NCBI GenBank assembly: GCA_934248075.1
Contig: CAKQKH010000006.1
Location: 13,474 to 77,473, forward strand
DNA from: an uncultured Alphaproteobacteria bacterium
GTDB lineage: Bacteria; Pseudomonadota; Alphaproteobacteria; RF32; CAG-239
Direction of reading: 5' to 3'
Length of the DNA stretch: 64,000 nt
Part shown: positions 8,761 through 17,900 of the stretch, piece after piece
Layout of the letters: every line of letters starts with the position of its first letter
Position numbering within the stretch: position 1 is the first letter of the stretch
Position numbers and translations under genes: made by a program
The notes under the pieces: model-generated
Seen by the model: the letters and a program-made list of their open reading frames with translations, nothing else
Told to the model about the DNA's origin: nothing
Databases searched by the model: none

Positions 8761-9694
8761 TACCCCTGAACATATTGAACAAGCGGCGCAAACCATTCGC
8801 AACGGCGGATTGGTGGCTTTTCCTACTGACACGGTTTATGGCCTTGGCGCCAATGTTTATGATGCCAAAGCCGTGGCCGCTATTTTTGCCGCCAAAGGCA
8901 GGCCGACTTTTGATCCGCTGATTTCTCACATCTCCGATATTGACTTTTTGCCGGAATATGCCTGCGCTGATGATCGGGTTATGGCTTTGGCCAAACATTT
9001 CTGGCCGGGGCCGCTTACTTTTGTGTTAAAACGCAAAGATAACAATCCGGCGTTAGATCTGGTTTGTTCTGGCTTGCCCAACATCGCCGTGCGTATGCCC
9101 AATCACCCTCTGGCTCTCAAATTGATTAAAGCCGCCGGAGTGCCGATTGCCGCTCCTTCCGCCAACAAGTTCAAATGCATATCTCCGACCACGGCTCAAC
9201 ATGTGGCGGAAAGTTTGGGCAATAAAGTAAATATGATTTTAGACGGCGGCCCTTGCAAAATTGGCGTTGAAACCACCATAATTGATTTGACCACGCCGGA
9301 AATTGTTATGCTTCGTGCCGGCGGCATGAGCAAAGAAGAATTAGAAGCCTTTACCGGCGAAAAAGTTTATATTTCTCACGGAGACCCCAATAAACCAAGC
9401 GCTCCGGGGCAATTGCTCAAACACTATGCCCCCAGACGCCCGATGCGAATTAATGTCGCCGCAGAAGATGTTAAAGCCGGAGAATTTTTTATTGGTTTTG
9501 GTCATGTCCAAGGCGCTCAGCTTAACTTGAGCGAACGCGGTGATGTCAACGAAGCCGCCGCCAATTTATTTGATTATATGCGCAAGGCCGAAGCTGAAAA
9601 AGGCTACACCGGCATTGCCATGTCGCCCATTCCCGAAACCGGCGTCGGATTGGCCATCAACGACCGTATCAGACGCGCCTCTTATCAGGAATAA
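8738..9694 (+). CDS. tsaC: L-threonylcarbamoyladenylate synthase, long Sua5/YwlC type
   Basis: 318 aa with GGLVAFPTDTVYGLGAN, FAAKGRP, the HLLKHYAP-like block LLKHYAPRRP and a C-terminal Sua5 domain. Confidence 0.9.
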   Translation: MTTNIYTDTPEHIEQAAQTIRNGGLVAFPTDTVYGLGANVYDAKAVAAIFAAKGRPTFDPLISHISDIDFLPEYACADDRVMALAKHFWPGPLTFVLKRKDNNPALDLVCSGLPNIAVRMPNHPLALKLIKAAGVPIAAPSANKFKCISPTTAQHVAESLGNKVNMILDGGPCKIGVETTIIDLTTPEIVMLRAGGMSKEELEAFTGEKVYISHGDPNKPSAPGQLLKHYAPRRPMRINVAAEDVKAGEFFIGFGHVQGAQLNLSERGDVNEAAANLFDYMRKAEAEKGYTGIAMSPIPETGVGLAINDRIRRASYQE

Positions 9695-9767
9695 TAAGCG
9701 GCCTTTTCAATCATAAAAATTGAGATTTGAAGGCGGCGACACCTTTTGCACTATCTTCAGCAAAGAC

Positions 9768-9876
9768 GGAGAACAGTGCAGATAGAGTGATTTCTAGGTG
9801 CAGAAAAGCGGAGCGTACAAGACGGTACGTGAGCATTTTCTGTCACCGTAAAATCGCTCTAGATGCGCTGTTATAC
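9768..9876 (+). repeat. structured palindromic repeat, copy E1 (arms plus GTAC-N6-GTAC core)
   Basis: The 5' arm ggagaacagtgcagatagagtgattt pairs with the 3' arm aaatcgctctagatgcgctgttatac. The inner stem is cagaaaa/ttttctg and the core is cgtac-aagacg-gtacg. It is homologous to 38054..38077. Confidence 0.85.
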
Positions 9877-9890
9877 GACCTCGATTTCCA

Positions 9891-10017
9891 GCGAGGGCGG
9901 AGAACAGTACAGATAAAGGCATTTGGAAGGCGAGGAAAATTTTAGTGTACATTAGAAGTACATGAATTTTCCAAGACCGAACCAAATGTCTTTAGATGTG
10001 CTGTTATACGCCCTCGC
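9891..10017 (+). repeat. structured palindromic repeat, copy E2 (same arms, different core hairpin)
   Basis: Perfect outer stem gcgagggc/gccctcgc. Arms are gagaacagtacagataaaggcatttgg / ccaaatgtctttagatgtgctgttatac. The core ggaaaattttagtgtacattagaagtacatgaattttcc is shared with the hairpins at 16351 and 16451. Confidence 0.85.
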
Positions 10018-10038
10018 CTACCTAGACGCCCTTGCCTA

Positions 10039-10515
10039 CTAAAACGGAATATCATCATCCAAATCAGCCGCCACAGCACCTGTCGATGACGAGCTGGCAT
10101 CCCAGCCGGCGCTGCCGCTGGACGGAGAAAATACATCATTGCCGCCGGCAGGAACACCCTCGCCGCGAGCATCTAACAACACCAGATTGCTGCTGAAGTT
10201 TTGCAATACAACCTCGGTAGTGTATTTTTCTTGTCCATTGCTGTCTTCCCATTTACGGGTTTGCAACTGACCTTCCAAATAGACTTTGGAACCCTTATGC
10301 AGATATTTTTCGGCAACCTCGGCCAACTGCGGATTAAAGATAACCACGCGATGCCACTCGGTACGATCTTTGCGCTCGCCGGAAAGTTTGTCTTTCCAGC
10401 TGTCTGTGGTGGCCACGCTCAAATTAACAATTTTGGCGCCGCTTTGTGTGTTGCTTACGCGCGGATCAGCGCCCAGATTCCCAACCAGAATAACTTTATT
10501 GATAGATACAGCCAT
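10039..10515 (-). CDS. ssb: single-stranded DNA-binding protein
   Basis: 158 aa with an OB-fold N-terminus (NKVILVGNLGADP), a Gly/Ser-rich linker and an acidic tail DDDIPF. Confidence 0.95.
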   Translation of the reverse strand: MAVSINKVILVGNLGADPRVSNTQSGAKIVNLSVATTDSWKDKLSGERKDRTEWHRVVIFNPQLAEVAEKYLHKGSKVYLEGQLQTRKWEDSNGQEKYTTEVVLQNFSSNLVLLDARGEGVPAGGNDVFSPSSGSAGWDASSSSTGAVAADLDDDIPF

Positions 10516-10584
10516 TTTCTTACCTTACACTTTAATTAAAACTGTTATGAATATACATTGATAAAATTAATATTAAAACCAAAA

Positions 10585-11670
10585 TCAATAAACCTGTGTA
10601 TATTCTTGGTCATTTTTCTGAAACACGCCATACAAATTTTGTTGCTTGTTTTTGCCGGCGCCGAAGCTATCGTCACCCCAAGGCATGGCATATGTTCCGG
10701 CGGCAAATTTTTTGAGCTGATTATAATCAAAAGAACCGGCGCGCCCAGCGGTTTCCGCCCATAGTTTCAGCGCCGCAAAGCCATATATTCCCAGACCTTT
10801 GGGCTCTTTACCCTGCAATCGCAATCTCACCAATGTCTCGGTAAAATATGGGCTATCCTGAAAACTTTTTAGCCCCAAATAATAACATCCGACTGCGATA
10901 TTTCCCAAGATTTCTTTATAAGTATCGCCAACCACTGCCCGCTCGGCAAAAATTTTTATATTTTCATTTTGCGCCTTTAGCTCTCTGGTTAATTTTGCCA
11001 CAGTTTTGGGCGATCCCAAAATATACACCGCTTGATTGTTAAGCAAAATTTCTCGCGCCATAAGCTCATAATCTTTGCCATAGTTCAACAAATCATAACC
11101 GGTCAACCGATTAGCTTGTCCGCCTGCGGTAAAATTTTGTTGAATTGCGGCGGCAATTGACACCAGATTCTTGTCATTGGACGGATATACCAAAGCGGTG
11201 TTTTGTCCAGCAAGATTCTGCTGATAATAATCAAAAAATATTTGCGCTTGCTGGCGGCGCAATCCGACCATATCGACCGCCGCATTTTTTTCATCAAGAG
11301 GCACCGGCACAATCTGCCACATTTGCCCTTGCGCATAAACAGATGCCGCCTCGGTTACCTTATTTTGGCAATAAGGCCCAATTATCAATTTAGGTTTATT
11401 TTCTCGCACGCTGAGCATTTGCGCCATAGAAACGGCAAAAACATCATCACAACGATCATCTGCCACAATAACATTAACTTTTTGCCACAAAACTCCGCCG
11501 GCGGCATTAATATCGGCGGCGGCAATTTGCACGCCATCGGCCAGCTCGCGGCCAAATTCCTGATAATCGTCTGCCTGCGGGGCAATAACCACCACATCTA
11601 CCGCGGCGGCAATTTGCGGAACCGCCAATAACAGCGACAATATTTTCCAGAGTTTCGACATAAAATTCAA
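10585..11670 (-). CDS. periplasmic binding protein, type 1 (LivJ/LivK-like amino-acid binding family), with no adjacent permease or ATPase genes
   Basis: Signal peptide (LLLAVPQIAAA). The block VVVIAPQADDYQEFGRELADGVQIAAADINAAGGVLWQKVNVIVADDRCD matches the Peripla_BP_6 N-terminal pattern. The start may be the ATG at 11661. Confidence 0.8.
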   Translation of the reverse strand: MNFMSKLWKILSLLLAVPQIAAAVDVVVIAPQADDYQEFGRELADGVQIAAADINAAGGVLWQKVNVIVADDRCDDVFAVSMAQMLSVRENKPKLIIGPYCQNKVTEAASVYAQGQMWQIVPVPLDEKNAAVDMVGLRRQQAQIFFDYYQQNLAGQNTALVYPSNDKNLVSIAAAIQQNFTAGGQANRLTGYDLLNYGKDYELMAREILLNNQAVYILGSPKTVAKLTRELKAQNENIKIFAERAVVGDTYKEILGNIAVGCYYLGLKSFQDSPYFTETLVRLRLQGKEPKGLGIYGFAALKLWAETAGRAGSFDYNQLKKFAAGTYAMPWGDDSFGAGKNKQQNLYGVFQKNDQEYTQVY

Positions 11671-11804
11671 CAGCCTGATTAATCACAAAAACTTGGCGCA
11701 TAGTATCAGTTTCTGCTGATTTTGCAACTTTTTTATTTTGCGCCTCTAAATGGTGTTGCCATCAGCGCCAACTTTCACTATATTAATTGCTCGGGAGAAG
11801 TATA

Positions 11805-14615
11805 ATGAGCAATGATTTTATTGAAATAAAAGGCGCCAGAGAACACAACCTCAAAAACATTAACATCAGCCTGCCTAAAAACAAACTGAACGTTATTACC
11901 GGACTTTCCGGCTCCGGTAAATCTTCTTTGGCGTTTGACACTATTTATGCCGAAGGTCAGCGCCGCTATGTCGAGAGCCTGTCTTCTTACGCTCGTCAGT
12001 TTCTGGATCTGATGAAAAAACCCGACACCGATTCAATAGAGGGTTTATCTCCCGCAATTTCCATTGAGCAAAAAACCACCTCTCACAATCCGCGCTCCAC
12101 CGTCGGCACCGTTACCGAGATATATGACTATATGCGCCTGTTGTGGGCTCGCGCCGGCACGCCGTATTCACCGGTTACAGGACTACCGATTGAAGCTCAA
12201 ACTGTTTCGCAAATGGTGGATAAAGTTTTGGCTTTGCCAGAGGGCAGCAAGATATTGCTATTGGCGCCGATTGCCCGCGGCAAAAAAGGCGAATACAAAA
12301 AAGAAATTGAAAACCTGCGCAAACAAGGCTATCAGCGCCTGAAAATTGACGGTGAAATTTATGATATTGAAGAAGTGCCGCCCCTCAATAAAAATCAGAA
12401 ACACGATATAGAAGTCGTGGTTGATCGTATTGCCGTCAAAGAAGGCATTGCCGAGCGACTGGCTCAATCTTTTGAGACCGCGCTCAAGCTGAGTGACGGG
12501 CTGGTGTTTGCCGAAAACAATGCCAGCAAAGAACGAATTACGTTTTCTTCCAAGTTTGCCTGCCCGATTTCCGGTTTTACCATTGAAGAAATTGAGCCGC
12601 GTTTATTCTCCTTCAACAATCCCTACGGCGCCTGCCCGCATTGTGACGGACTTGGCGCAAGCCTATATATGGATCCGGATCGAGTTATTCCCAACCCCAA
12701 ACTTTCCATTGCCCAAGGCGCTATTTTGCCGTGGTACAGCCGCAAACACGGCTTTTATACAGACACATTGCAATCTTTGTGCGATTGGCTCGGCATTTCA
12801 GACAAAACCCCGTGGCAAGACCTGCCCGAACACGCCAAACAAGTTATTTTGTATGGTTCTGGCAATGAGCCGATACCAATGGATTATCACCGATTCCAAA
12901 CCTTTAAGCCTTTTGAAGGCGTTATCCGCAATTTGGAACGACGATTTTTAGAAACCGACTCGCCCGCCACCCGAGATGAACTGGCGCAGTATCAATCTGC
13001 CGCCGTCTGCGAACATTGTCACGGCAAACGACTCAAACCCGAGGCTTTGGCCGTAAAAATCGGCGGGCTGGACATTATGGACGCCTCCAATATGTCTATT
13101 AAAAACGCGCTCATTTGGTTTAGAGGCATCGGCCCCACCCTCACACCACAAAAACAAGAAATAGCCTCTAAAATTCTCAAAGAAATTATTGAGAGATTGA
13201 GCTTTTTGAACAACGTCGGACTGGAATATCTTAATCTCTCTCGCCAATCCGGCACGCTTTCCGGCGGCGAGGCGCAACGTATCCGTTTGGCCAGCCAAAT
13301 CGGCTCCGGCCTCACCGGAGTGCTGTATGTTCTGGACGAACCGTCTATCGGCCTGCACCAGCGCGACAACGACCGTCTGTTGGAAACCCTGACCCGCTTG
13401 CGTGATATCGGCAACACCGTGATTGTGGTTGAGCATGATGAAGACGCCATTCGCGCCGCCGATTATCTTGTAGATATGGGCCCCGGTGCCGGCTCTTTGG
13501 GTGGAAATGTGGTGGCCGCCGGCACGGTTGCCGAGGTGCTAAAAAACAAAAACAGCATTACCGCCCAGTATCTGAACGGCGACAAAAAAATTGCCGTACC
13601 GGAAAAACGCCGCAAAGGCAACGGCAAATTTATCGGCCTCAAAGGCGCCCGCACCAACAACCTCAAAAATGTGGACTTAAAAATTCCCTTAGGCACCCTC
13701 ACCTGCATTACCGGCGTGTCTGGCGGTGGAAAATCCTCGCTGATTTTGGAGACCCTGTGCAAAGCTTTGGCCAAAGAACTCTACAATTCTCGCGAACCTG
13801 GCGCTGTTTATGATAAATTAATCGGCGCTGAAAACATTGATAAAATAATCAATATTGATCAATCGCCAATCGGGCGCACTCCGCGCTCCAATCCGGCCAC
13901 CTATACCGGACTGTTTGACCATATTCGCAACTGGTATGCCGAACTGCCTGAGGCCAAAGCCCGTGGTTACGCTGCCGGCAGATTTTCGTTTAATGTTCCG
14001 GGCGGACGTTGCGAAGCTTGCAAAGGCGATGGCGTAACCAAAATAGAAATGCACTTTTTGCCTGATGTTTATGTCGAATGCGATGAATGCAAAGGCAAAC
14101 GCTTTAACCGTGAAACTTTAGAGGTCAAATACAAAGATAAATCCATTGCCGATGTTCTGGACATGACCGTTGATGATGCCTATGAGTTCTTCAATGCCAT
14201 TCCGGCCATCAAAAACCGCTTGGAATTGTTGCGCAAAGTCGGCCTTGGCTATATCAAGCTCGGGCAATCCGCCACCACCTTGTCCGGCGGCGAGGCGCAG
14301 CGTGTTAAACTCTCCAAAGAGCTTTCCAAACGAGCCACCGGCAAAACATTATATATTTTAGACGAGCCGACTACCGGCCTGCATTTTGAGGACATCAACA
14401 AACTGCTAAAAGTTTTGCATGCATTGGTAGATCAGGGCAACTCTGTTGTAGTTATTGAGCATAATCTTGACGTGATAAAAACCGCCGACTGGATTATTGA
14501 CCTTGGCCCTGAGGGCGGCGACGGCGGCGGACAAATCATTGCCCAAGGCACGCCCGAAAAGGTTGCCGAATCAAAGATTAGCTACACAGCCAAATATCTG
14601 CGCGATAAGCTTTAG
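11805..14615 (+). CDS. uvrA: excinuclease ABC subunit A
   Basis: Start [19 protein letters not shown], with a GGGAGA RBS 6 nt upstream of the ATG at 11805. The track start at 11787 is a TTG extension. Two ABC ATPase modules and zinc-finger Cys clusters are present. Confidence 0.97.
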   Translation: MSNDFIEIKGAREHNLKNINISLPKNKLNVITGLSGSGKSSLAFDTIYAEGQRRYVESLSSYARQFLDLMKKPDTDSIEGLSPAISIEQKTTSHNPRSTVGTVTEIYDYMRLLWARAGTPYSPVTGLPIEAQTVSQMVDKVLALPEGSKILLLAPIARGKKGEYKKEIENLRKQGYQRLKIDGEIYDIEEVPPLNKNQKHDIEVVVDRIAVKEGIAERLAQSFETALKLSDGLVFAENNASKERITFSSKFACPISGFTIEEIEPRLFSFNNPYGACPHCDGLGASLYMDPDRVIPNPKLSIAQGAILPWYSRKHGFYTDTLQSLCDWLGISDKTPWQDLPEHAKQVILYGSGNEPIPMDYHRFQTFKPFEGVIRNLERRFLETDSPATRDELAQYQSAAVCEHCHGKRLKPEALAVKIGGLDIMDASNMSIKNALIWFRGIGPTLTPQKQEIASKILKEIIERLSFLNNVGLEYLNLSRQSGTLSGGEAQRIRLASQIGSGLTGVLYVLDEPSIGLHQRDNDRLLETLTRLRDIGNTVIVVEHDEDAIRAADYLVDMGPGAGSLGGNVVAAGTVAEVLKNKNSITAQYLNGDKKIAVPEKRRKGNGKFIGLKGARTNNLKNVDLKIPLGTLTCITGVSGGGKSSLILETLCKALAKELYNSREPGAVYDKLIGAENIDKIINIDQSPIGRTPRSNPATYTGLFDHIRNWYAELPEAKARGYAAGRFSFNVPGGRCEACKGDGVTKIEMHFLPDVYVECDECKGKRFNRETLEVKYKDKSIADVLDMTVDDAYEFFNAIPAIKNRLELLRKVGLGYIKLGQSATTLSGGEAQRVKLSKELSKRATGKTLYILDEPTTGLHFEDINKLLKVLHALVDQGNSVVVIEHNLDVIKTADWIIDLGPEGGDGGGQIIAQGTPEKVAESKISYTAKYLRDKL

Positions 14616-16012
14616 CGGCCGCGATATGGTTTTGACTTGGTTTGAGCCGTATAGACCGACATAATATGTTTGCCCATTTTTTTGGTAGCCTCATCGCCGT
14701 TGGAGCTTAAAACCTTGCAAAGAGCCTGAACCTCAGATTTACTATAATTATGCTCCACGGTAATGTCGGAGAACATTTTGGTCATGGCCTGATGATAAGC
14801 GGCATTAAACTCCTCAGCCTCAGGTTGACTGCAGACAAAAGAATCCGCGTAATTTTGTGCCACAGTCATCACCAACGCCTTATTAATTGTCGGCAGCTCC
14901 TTTGGCAAAAGATAATCCGGAAACAAAATTTCCGCTTTGGTGATTTCGTTAGTATTATGCGCCTCTTGCTCCAACATTTTTTTCAGCAAGTCCGCGTTAA
15001 GACACTTATTATATGGATGCCAGGAAGCGTACAAACTCAAATAGCTACTGTATTTATCTATTATTTCGGCATCAGCGGCGTTTTGTTTGGTCAGCTGCAG
15101 CGTAATGCCCCCAAAATCGTGTGAAATCAAATCTTTTCGATACTGCGGCGACTTAGCTTCGCTATGTTTGTTTAAGATTGAGCCAAGATAAGATTTTATA
15201 TTATCATATCTATTTATTTTGCCGGAATAATAAGCAATCATACTGGCGGGAAATTCGTTTTTCATATTTTTCATAACGGCATAAATATTAGCCTTTGATT
15301 GCGCGTCAATTCTCAAATCCTTATCATTTTTATCATCATGATACACGGCGCCCTCAAGACTATCGCTGTCCAAAACAAAAGAAAAGTTGGAAACTGTTTT
15401 CAAAAATTCGCGAGCAGAAATTATTTTGTCTTTAGCGGTGGATTTTGTGCATTCTTTATTTAGCTTATTAAGAAGTTTCACCGTCTGTTTCTTTTCATAT
15501 TCCAAATCGGCCGGATTTTCACCGAATGTGTAGTTTCCCAACTGATTATACAAGTTGCGATATTCATCGGTGCTGTATTTATATCCCAAAAAGTCAAGCG
15601 CGTTAATCTTGTCTTTAGCAGAGAGATCCAAATGCATATCGCCCAAAAATCGCACCAAATTACATTGTTCGCGACGAAACCCTCTATAACCCTCAGCGGT
15701 TTTTGCATAACTACTGTTTTCTTTAGGATAAGCCTTATCAAGAATTTCCCACAACACGGTTCCGCATGCGCGCTGCTGATTTGGCGCCGATTTAATATAA
15801 TGAACCAAACTTTGAGAAATACCTCCTCGCACCGAAAGATAATCACCTCCGCTAACCCGTGGGAATCCATAATTTTCTAAAAAAGTCTGAATATGAGTTC
15901 CTCTTTTCGTATAAACTTCATCATCATTACCATAACGAAAAGCATGAACCAACTGTTCGGAAAGAAAACTCAGCCATTTTTTTCTGAGTTTAGGATCATT
16001 AGCGTTCGACAT
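14612..16012 (-). CDS. hypothetical protein (466 aa), no family recognised
   Basis: Preferred start is MSNANDPKL at 16012, preceded by AAGGGG and by the promoter at 16041-16068. The track ORF extends to 16114 through that promoter. The stop codon overlaps the uvrA stop by 4 nt, convergently. Confidence 0.65.
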   Translation of the reverse strand: MSNANDPKLRKKWLSFLSEQLVHAFRYGNDDEVYTKRGTHIQTFLENYGFPRVSGGDYLSVRGGISQSLVHYIKSAPNQQRACGTVLWEILDKAYPKENSSYAKTAEGYRGFRREQCNLVRFLGDMHLDLSAKDKINALDFLGYKYSTDEYRNLYNQLGNYTFGENPADLEYEKKQTVKLLNKLNKECTKSTAKDKIISAREFLKTVSNFSFVLDSDSLEGAVYHDDKNDKDLRIDAQSKANIYAVMKNMKNEFPASMIAYYSGKINRYDNIKSYLGSILNKHSEAKSPQYRKDLISHDFGGITLQLTKQNAADAEIIDKYSSYLSLYASWHPYNKCLNADLLKKMLEQEAHNTNEITKAEILFPDYLLPKELPTINKALVMTVAQNYADSFVCSQPEAEEFNAAYHQAMTKMFSDITVEHNYSKSEVQALCKVLSSNGDEATKKMGKHIMSVYTAQTKSKPYRGR

Positions 16013-16040
16013 CGGCAACCCCTTTTGTCCAGTTTTCGTC

Positions 16041-16068
16041 ATTATAACAAAGATTAACAAATTTGCAA
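16041..16068 (-). promoter_or_regulatory. sigma70-like promoter carrying the TTGCAAATTTGT-TAAT box (copy P3)
   Basis: On the gene strand: TTGCAA, 16-nt spacer atttgttaatctttgt, then TATAAT. It lies about 30 nt upstream of the ATG at 16012. Confidence 0.5.
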
Positions 16069-16350
16069 CATAAAATATGCGCACAAAAAAACATCGTTTG
16101 TTAATAACCTGCAATGATTATCTTCAAACGATGTTTTTGAAATTCGGAAGCTCAGAAATTAAGTCTCAAAGTAGAAACTTATTCCTCAATGTCTTTTACT
16201 ATTGTTTTCATAGCTTCTTGTTTTTTTAAAGGTTAAACATAAAGTCACGCGTTTATCGCAAGTTTAGGTTCAAACCCATTTAACTCACAATAATACACAT
16301 AACTATTTACTATACATTTCTTGCCTAACATAAATTTCATTTGATGTAAA

Positions 16351-16396
16351 GAAAAAGCTGAAAATCCTAGTGTACAAAAAAGTACATGAATTTCAC
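16351..16396 (+). repeat. hairpin repeat F1 (core module, degenerate 3' arm)
   Basis: The 26 nt gaaaaagctgaaaatcctagtgtaca are identical to 16451-16476. They are followed by aaaaagtacatgaatttcac. Confidence 0.75.
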
Positions 16397-16450
16397 TAAC
16401 CCGCACTATTTTTAGCAAGTTCGATAGAGCCGCTGAATAGAAGTAAAAAT

Positions 16451-16504
16451 GAAAAAGCTGAAAATCCTAGTGTACACAGTAGTACATGAATTTTCAGCTT
16501 TTTC
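16451..16504. repeat. hairpin repeat F2, terminator-like in both directions, 53 nt downstream of the FadL-family gene
   Basis: gaaaaagctgaaaatcctagtgtac acag tagtacatgaattttcagctttttc forms a long imperfect stem flanked by A and T runs. Confidence 0.75.
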
Positions 16505-16556
16505 TTATTTTTACGATTAGGCAGCGCTCTTGCGAGCTTGCCTAATCTGCTTGCCA

Positions 16557-17804
16557 TTAGAAGCGGTAAGTCGCAGAAATACCCCACAACTTAATCGAGT
16601 TCTTATACTCGGCATGAACACCGCGGCGACCATGAGCCGCATCTGCAGCAGTATCAACCGTAGCTTCTTTGGCCTGAATATAGGTATAAGCCATATCAAA
16701 GCTCAAATTATCGTTGTATTGGTAGCCAAGACCAGCCGAATACCACAAACGATCAGAGTCGGGAATACGAACGGTACGATCTTTTTTCTTAACCGCGGTT
16801 TGGTCATAAGCCATACCTAAACGCAGCTTCCACTGATCATCAATTTGGTAGCTGGTACCAATGGCAAAGAAATCGGTATCACGCCAGTTTTCAGGAGTGC
16901 TGTTAACCAGATAGCCGGTTCCTGGGCTGGGTATATCTTGTCCCATAATATCCAATCTTTCAAACGAGCTCCAGAATACGCGTTGCCATTCAGCCATAAC
17001 CGCCCATTTGTCATTAATCTGGTGATATGCGCCCAAAGACAGCATAGCCGGAGTATCCAAACGAGCAGATATATCCTGATTATAAAAAGGATTTCCACCG
17101 ACTAAAGTCCCTGCACTCTCCATTTCGCCTTTCAGCTTATGATTTATTTCACTGCGGTAGTTAATACCGAAGCGCGTATTATCATCAAGCTCATACAAAG
17201 CACTCAACTGATAGCCCAAATCGGCAGTGTCACCTTTAATTGCTGTGTTTGCATTTCCGTTAACGGCAGTATTAGTCAAGCGAGCTTTAATATATTGCAT
17301 CTGAACACCAGCGCCGACGGATAATTTGTCAGTCAGCTTATAAGCGGCCATCGGAGTCAAAGTGGCGGTTATAACCTTAGAGGTAACACCATGATCTGCG
17401 CCAGACCAGCGAGTGTCGTATTTTGTTATCATACCGAAAGGAACGTTCAAAGCCGCGCCCACGGTCAATTTATCATTTACCTGATGAGAATAAGTACCAT
17501 TCGGAGCCCATGCCGGATGTACCACATTGTAAGAATCTTCATTGCCGCCAACTCCGGAAATATTGGTAGCCTGAGCTTGCGGAGCAATATAAGTCGCGCC
17601 GGCAGTAAATTGGTTGCCCTTATGGCGGGTCAGACCGGCGGCGTTAAAATAAGCATAAGAGTTGTTTTCCGCACCGGCGGTTGCACCGGCAAAAGCATTA
17701 CCCTGAGCGGCAGCAGACTGCTCTCTCAGGTGGAAACCGGCAGCCATGGCATTGCTTGCCAACAAAATGGTGCCAAGCGCGGTAAGTGTAAGAATTTTTT
17801 TCAT
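16557..17804 (-). CDS. outer-membrane long-chain fatty acid / hydrophobic compound transporter, OmpP1/FadL/TodX family
   Basis: 415 aa. Signal peptide MKKILTLTALGTILLASNAMA, then AGFHLREQSAAAQGNAFAGATA, typical of the FadL N-terminus. The C-terminus ends in an aromatic residue (YRF). Confidence 0.85.
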   Translation of the reverse strand: MKKILTLTALGTILLASNAMAAGFHLREQSAAAQGNAFAGATAGAENNSYAYFNAAGLTRHKGNQFTAGATYIAPQAQATNISGVGGNEDSYNVVHPAWAPNGTYSHQVNDKLTVGAALNVPFGMITKYDTRWSGADHGVTSKVITATLTPMAAYKLTDKLSVGAGVQMQYIKARLTNTAVNGNANTAIKGDTADLGYQLSALYELDDNTRFGINYRSEINHKLKGEMESAGTLVGGNPFYNQDISARLDTPAMLSLGAYHQINDKWAVMAEWQRVFWSSFERLDIMGQDIPSPGTGYLVNSTPENWRDTDFFAIGTSYQIDDQWKLRLGMAYDQTAVKKKDRTVRIPDSDRLWYSAGLGYQYNDNLSFDMAYTYIQAKEATVDTAADAAHGRRGVHAEYKNSIKLWGISATYRF

Positions 17805-17865
17805 TAAAAGTCTCTTCTGTTGTTAAACGAACAGATGAACTTCTAATACAGTTTTTTTAATTTGT

Positions 17866-17881
17866 CAATCAACTGATTGAA
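17866..17881. promoter_or_regulatory. perfect palindrome TCAATCA-AC-TGATTGA overlapping a putative -35 of the FadL-family gene; candidate repressor operator
   Basis: 7-bp arms with a 2-nt spacer. On the gene strand, TTGATT, an 18-nt spacer and TATTAG follow. A TetR gene lies immediately upstream. Arms this short are expected by chance a few times in 64 kb. Confidence 0.25.
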
Positions 17882-17900
17882 TTATTTGCACAAGATGTGG

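Noticed and set aside
9768-10017. The palindromic repeats as integron attC sites, since the arms begin ..AAC and end GTT.. like the R''/R' boxes.
   Set aside because: The copies are scattered at 3' ends of unrelated housekeeping genes rather than separating co-oriented cassettes. The terminal heptamers (GGAGAAC and GTTATAC) do not fit RYYYAAC and GTTRRRY. No integron integrase is present in the window.
9727-10172. ORFs 9727..9945, 9794..9985 and 9942..10172, which span the sua5-ssb intergenic region.
   Set aside because: They are read through the palindromic repeat copies E1 and E2 and into the ssb 3' end. Their openness follows from the repeat sequence, and there are no RBSs or protein-like features.
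11671-11804. Search for an SOS/LexA operator upstream of uvrA (and upstream of ssb at 10516-10584).
   Set aside because: Neither GTTC-N7-GTTC (the alphaproteobacterial type) nor CTGT-N8-ACAG is present, so there is nothing to report.
16351-16504. Two identical 26-nt direct repeats 100 nt apart, considered as a mini CRISPR array.
   Set aside because: There are only two copies. Each is half of a hairpin related to the E2 core. A and T runs flank one copy, as in a terminator. No cas genes or further repeats are present.
16557-17804. The FadL-family porin as the missing AaxA partner of aaxBC.
   Set aside because: It lies 25 kb from aaxBC, has the FadL N-terminal hatch signature rather than an OprB-like porin sequence, and is clustered with lipid-salvage genes.
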